The translations under genes and the position numbers were made by a program. The notes below the pieces were generated by a model, which did not search any database, was not told the origin of the DNA, and was given only the letters and a program-made list of their open reading frames with translations. A stretch of 45,251 bases of DNA from a virus, in the IMG/VR virus record IMGVR_UViG_3300005830_000058, positions 1 through 45,251 of that record, one strand, 5' to 3'. This document shows positions 41,850 through 45,251 of this stretch, piece after piece; position 1 is the first letter of the stretch; every line of letters begins with the position of its first letter.

Positions 41850-43202
41850 CTACTGGTAGCGGCCGGGCGGGAGCGCGGGAGCGGGCGCGTAGTTGCCCTC
41901 TTCCGCCGACGCGGCAACCCGCTTCTGCATGATCGCCTTGGCCTTCTCGAGCGCCTTCTGTTCCTCGGGCGACGCGGCGTTGATCGCGACATCGAGCAGA
42001 TTCTTGAGCGGACTCCATGTGGCGGCATCAATGATCGTGCCGCCGACGCCCTTGCTTCCTCCTCCTGAGCCGCCACGGTCCACCGGCTTGTTCCCCGCGC
42101 TGCGTCTGTCAGCGATCGCGTCGAGACGGCTCGAGTCAACACCCGGGATGCCAAGGTCCACGCTCGCGCCCTGCTGCGCGCCCGCACCGCCCTGCGCCGC
42201 GCCCATCGCGCCTCGCATAGCCGCAGCGGTGTCGCCGAAGAAACCGCCAGGGACGGCCCTGTTCTGCCGCTGTCCCTGCGAGTAGCGCTCCCACGACTCG
42301 AGCTCGTCCTGTCCGTCCGCATAGCCGATGTCGCCCATCAGGGCGCTGCGGCCCCCGTCCTTCGACGTGAGGATCTCGGCGTAGAGCTTGTTCACCGCCT
42401 CAGGGTCGGTGACCATCGCCTGGAGCTCCTCGTCCCAGCGGCGGCCGAAGGAGCCGTTCATCACGCCCTGGCCGAGCGCGGCGAGCGCGGGCGCCTTGTT
42501 GCCGAGGAACCCACCCAGGTCCGACATCGCCGTCTCGACGAAACCCTGGCCCATGCGCATGCGCTCGGAGGCGTCCTGGGCGATGAACGTCTGGCGCACC
42601 TGGATCCCGTCCAGCTCGCTGCGGATCTCGCGCATCCGCTGAAGCGACGTGTTCGGGTCCTGGAGCTCCTGGGCGTACTGCTCCTGCGCCTGCTGCATCA
42701 CAGGGTCTAGGTCGCCAACCGGCTGACCTTGCGCGTCCGTCGGCGGTGCGAACACCTCCTGCATGCGCTGGCCGAGCTGGCTGTACGTCTGCATGCGCGC
42801 CCGGTTCTCGATCCGCGCCTGCGCCTCGGTCAGGAACATGTCCCGATCGGGCCCCTCCATGCGCGAGGCGATGCGCATGACCTTCGTCGCCTCAGCAGCG
42901 CCACCCATCTGCTCGAGCGACTCGTACTGCGCCCGCAACATGGGCTGCTCAGCCATGTCCATCCGGCGCTCCGCGAGGCCGATCTCGGCGTCCTGACCGG
43001 CGGCGAACCGACTCTCGCGCGCGTCGAGAAGCTCGGCCTCGCGCACCTTGAGCTTCATGTTGAGCGCGGCGATCGCGTTGTCGCGGAAGTCCGCGTTCTG
43101 CTCGCGCTCACGACCGCTCTTGTACTGCGCCATCTGGAGCAGCGACTGGGCGAACTTGTCCGCCCCGGCGGGGTCGGTGTACGTCGGGACTACGGTCGGC
43201 AT
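41850..43202 (-). CDS. Internal virion (core-position) protein, 450 aa; coiled-coil with a Gly-rich tail.
   Basis: Listed ORF. The call rests on position (T7 gp15-like) and composition. Confidence 0.65.
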   Translation of the reverse strand: MPTVVPTYTDPAGADKFAQSLLQMAQYKSGREREQNADFRDNAIAALNMKLKVREAELLDARESRFAAGQDAEIGLAERRMDMAEQPMLRAQYESLEQMGGAAEATKVMRIASRMEGPDRDMFLTEAQARIENRARMQTYSQLGQRMQEVFAPPTDAQGQPVGDLDPVMQQAQEQYAQELQDPNTSLQRMREIRSELDGIQVRQTFIAQDASERMRMGQGFVETAMSDLGGFLGNKAPALAALGQGVMNGSFGRRWDEELQAMVTDPEAVNKLYAEILTSKDGGRSALMGDIGYADGQDELESWERYSQGQRQNRAVPGGFFGDTAAAMRGAMGAAQGGAGAQQGASVDLGIPGVDSSRLDAIADRRSAGNKPVDRGGSGGGSKGVGGTIIDAATWSPLKNLLDVAINAASPEEQKALEKAKAIMQKRVAASAEEGNYAPAPALPPGRYQ

Positions 43203-43204
43203 GG

Positions 43205-43957
43205 CTATTTCCCCTTGAACCCGGCAGCCGCCAGCATCATCTGGAGGCCCATGTCCTGAGCGTACTGGCCCGACAATCCCTGGCTCAGCATCTGACCGAA
43301 GTCGGGCGCCTGCCCGAACCCGCCCGCGAGATCGAACGCTCCCATGCCAGCCTGAATCCCCGTGCCGATCGAGCCGAGCACGGACGGCTCCTGGATCGGG
43401 CCCACGCTCTGCGTCAGGCCGAGCTGCTGCTGGCCGCCCTCGAACTGGAGCTGGTTCTTGCTCCCGTACAGGTTCGCCATGTTGGCCCCGGTCTGCTGGT
43501 ACGTCCCGTACTTCTGCCCCTCGAGCGCGGCGAGCGCGCCGCCGTACTGCGCGCGCGCCTGGCCCGACTGCCGCGCCACGTCGCCCGAGATGCCCCGGTT
43601 GAGGCTGTCCAAGACCGTCGTGTTGTAGAGCCCTCGATTCGTCGCGCTCTGCGCAGCGTTCGACTGCGCCTGCGCGCCGCCGGCCTTGATGTCCGAGAGC
43701 TGCTGGTGCAGTTGCGAGCCCAGGTGGCGGCGCTGGGCCTTGTACTGCTGGTTCGCGATCTTGTCGGCGCCCTGCGTGTACTGCTTCTGCTGCTGCGCGA
43801 ACGGCCCGTAGAGCGCCTTCTGGTAGGTCTGGGCGCTCATCTGCTGGAGCAGGTCTAGGTAGTCCTGCTGCGCCTTGGCCGCGCTCTTGCCGCCGAAGTA
43901 GTCTCCAAGCCCGGCGGCGACGCCCGACGCGGCTGCCAATGCCATCGGTAGAACCAT
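43205..43957 (-). CDS. Internal virion (core-position) protein, 250 aa; Gln/Gly/Ala-rich.
   Basis: Listed ORF with a hydrophobic N-terminus (MVLPMALAAASGVAAGLG). The call rests on position (T7 gp14-like). Confidence 0.6.
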   Translation of the reverse strand: MVLPMALAAASGVAAGLGDYFGGKSAAKAQQDYLDLLQQMSAQTYQKALYGPFAQQQKQYTQGADKIANQQYKAQRRHLGSQLHQQLSDIKAGGAQAQSNAAQSATNRGLYNTTVLDSLNRGISGDVARQSGQARAQYGGALAALEGQKYGTYQQTGANMANLYGSKNQLQFEGGQQQLGLTQSVGPIQEPSVLGSIGTGIQAGMGAFDLAGGFGQAPDFGQMLSQGLSGQYAQDMGLQMMLAAAGFKGK

Positions 43958-44415
43958 CAGTTCGTCTCCATGTGTTGCGCGCCGCGCAGGCTGTCGAGCA
44001 GCGCGTTGAATCGGGTCACGAGTGCGTTGATCGACGCCTGAAGCTCGGCGGCTGAACTGTCGGTGTTCTCCACGGCGCTGTCGACCGCGTTGGCCGCTTC
44101 GATGCGTATGGTCGTGCCCTCGCCCTGAAGGCCCGGCCCCGCGACGAACTCGGCGTCGATCTCGAGCGTGCCGTCGTCGAGCAGCACGAGCGACTGGCCG
44201 GTGAGCACAACGAGGCCGCCCGATGTCACCTCGAGGCCGCCTGCGGCTCCGACGCGGATCGCGATGCGCCCCTGGTTCGTGAAGTACACGGGCTCGTCCA
44301 GGTCGTCCGCGCGCACGTCCGCCTGGGCCGTGCGGCGAGCACGGGGGTCGCCACCGCCAAGCACCACGCTTCGGCGACCACGGCCCCGCCAGCCTGCGAC
44401 CGGCTTGTTACTCAC
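43957..44415 (-). CDS. Hypothetical virion protein, 152 aa.
   Basis: The GTG at 44415 overlaps the nozzle-position gene's stop by 8 nt. It has a beta-rich segment (GGLEVTSGGLVVLTGQSLVLLDDGTLEID) followed by a C-terminal helix. Confidence 0.65.
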   Translation of the reverse strand: MSNKPVAGWRGRGRRSVVLGGGDPRARRTAQADVRADDLDEPVYFTNQGRIAIRVGAAGGLEVTSGGLVVLTGQSLVLLDDGTLEIDAEFVAGPGLQGEGTTIRIEAANAVDSAVENTDSSAAELQASINALVTRFNALLDSLRGAQHMETN

Positions 44416-45251
44416 GGACCCGCTCCATCGAGCCGAGCTCGCCGTTGATCCACATCCGCTCGAGCGACCACTGCTCGGACGCGAGGGCCGAGCGCAGCTT
44501 CACCCAGCAGAACGCGCCGCGCATGCGCTCGTAGATCGTGGGGTTGCGCCCCGCGCGCAGGGTGCCCTCGTACACGGGCAGGCCAGGGTCGTCCGCCACG
44601 TCGCTCTGGAAGAGCTGCACCTCCACCTCGCCCTGGAACGAACTCTCGTCGCCCGTTCCGAGGACGGCCGTGAACTCGTTCCACACGGCCTCCCAGCCGG
44701 GCTCGGGTGACTGGAGCGGGCCGATCATTACCTGGCTGTCGATCGCCTGCCCGTCGTCGTTCACCGCCTCGCGGTCCCAGACGCGCACGTACCCGTCGTT
44801 GCCGCCGATCAGGAGCCGGCGGTCATCGGGGTCGTCACCGTCTATGAGGAGCGACGCCGTCGGCTGGCGGGAGTACGTGCCTTCGTTCGCGCCGAAGATG
44901 TCTTCCCACCAGGAGTCGCTTTTCTGCTCCCAGAAGTAGTGCGTCGCACGCGCCGAGGACTCGCCCCTCGGGACGAGGAATATGTGTAGCCCTTCATCCT
45001 GATAGTTCCAGTTCAGCTCCACCCGGTACGTCGTCAGGTCAACCCCTTGCAGCCGACGCTCGATCCGGTGGAGCGAGATGCGATCGAACTGGCCGCTGTA
45101 GGGATTCATGCGGTAGAGCCCGCCGCGCGACCCGAAGAAGTAGAGCACTCCCTCTGGGTCTCGCGTCCAGGCGCGTCCGAACGCGATGCCGGTTTCGACG
45201 CTCACGTTGTCGAACTCGCCGCCCGCCATCGGGTCCCCGGTCAGGCGCCAG
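44408..45251 (-). CDS. 3' part of the same ~1403-aa nozzle-position protein. The track shows it as a 273-aa ORF starting at an internal Met.
   Basis: The reading frame stays open upstream of Met 45229 to the window edge and continues into 120..3488 after removing the overlap. The stop is TAA at 44410..44408. Repeated motifs resemble a beta-propeller (GGLYRMNP, LLIGGNDGYVRVWD). Confidence 0.85.
   Translation of the reverse strand, partial: WRLTGDPMAGGEFDNVSVETGIAFGRAWTRDPEGVLYFFGSRGGLYRMNPYSGQFDRISLHRIERRLQGVDLTTYRVELNWNYQDEGLHIFLVPRGESSARATHYFWEQKSDSWWEDIFGANEGTYSRQPTASLLIDGDDPDDRRLLIGGNDGYVRVWDREAVNDDGQAIDSQVMIGPLQSPEPGWEAVWNEFTAVLGTGDESSFQGEVEVQLFQSDVADDPGLPVYEGTLRAGRNPTIYERMRGAFCWVKLRSALASEQWSLERMWINGELGSMERVRE
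45132..45251. repeat. Terminal overlap, copy 2 (identical to 1..120).
   Basis: Same comparison as for 1..120. Confidence 0.95.

Overview
The window is a complete, circularly closed, high-GC podovirus-like phage genome. The first 120 nt are identical to the last 120 nt, so the unique length is 45,131 nt. The linearisation point falls inside a gene. A ~1403-codon minus-strand ORF (3488..1, continuing 45131..44408) is therefore missing from the supplied ORF track.

Genome layout:
- A long minus-strand late operon starts at 18005 and wraps through the junction to 33815.
- Its gene order is: small fibre-associated genes, an 852-aa double beta-helix fibre, TerS, TerL, portal, two unknowns, an acidic scaffold, the major capsid, a small beta protein and a GC-rich hairpin.
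- It continues with a 708-aa adaptor-position protein, the 1403-aa nozzle-position protein, three internal-core-position proteins including a 2377-aa giant, and three small membrane proteins.
- From portal to core proteins the order matches T7. I recognised no RNA polymerase, DNA polymerase, integrase, repressor, endolysin or tRNA.
- A plus-strand early/middle module (18083..33620) leaves a 77-nt divergent control region.
- It encodes an AlpA-like HTH, a DUF1376-like replication protein, a possible helicase-loader-like protein and a dense array of small genes.
- It also encodes a secreted / membrane-anchored / beta-helix trio, a YqaJ-like exonuclease plus SSAP pair, a DUF1064-like protein and an orphan DPPY methyltransferase.

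Most notable observations:
1. The hidden junction-spanning ORF, with a LamG-like insertion.
2. The 2377-aa multi-module protein carrying an HEASH zincin motif.
3. A ~21-nt junction linker (GCGCTGGGGGAGAAGYCRTGA) reused between unrelated early genes. It co-occurs with a mosaic ~0.75-kb segmental duplication, a truncated gene remnant and a single-C indel that splits one paralog.
4. A fibre built from two complete beta-helix modules of visibly different base composition, joined by six ~66-nt coding repeats.
5. A GxSxG hydrolase-like region in the adaptor-position protein.
6. A lysis-like cassette with unimolecular-spanin architecture but no endolysin.

All functional names come from reading motifs and synteny by eye. 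No database search was possible.
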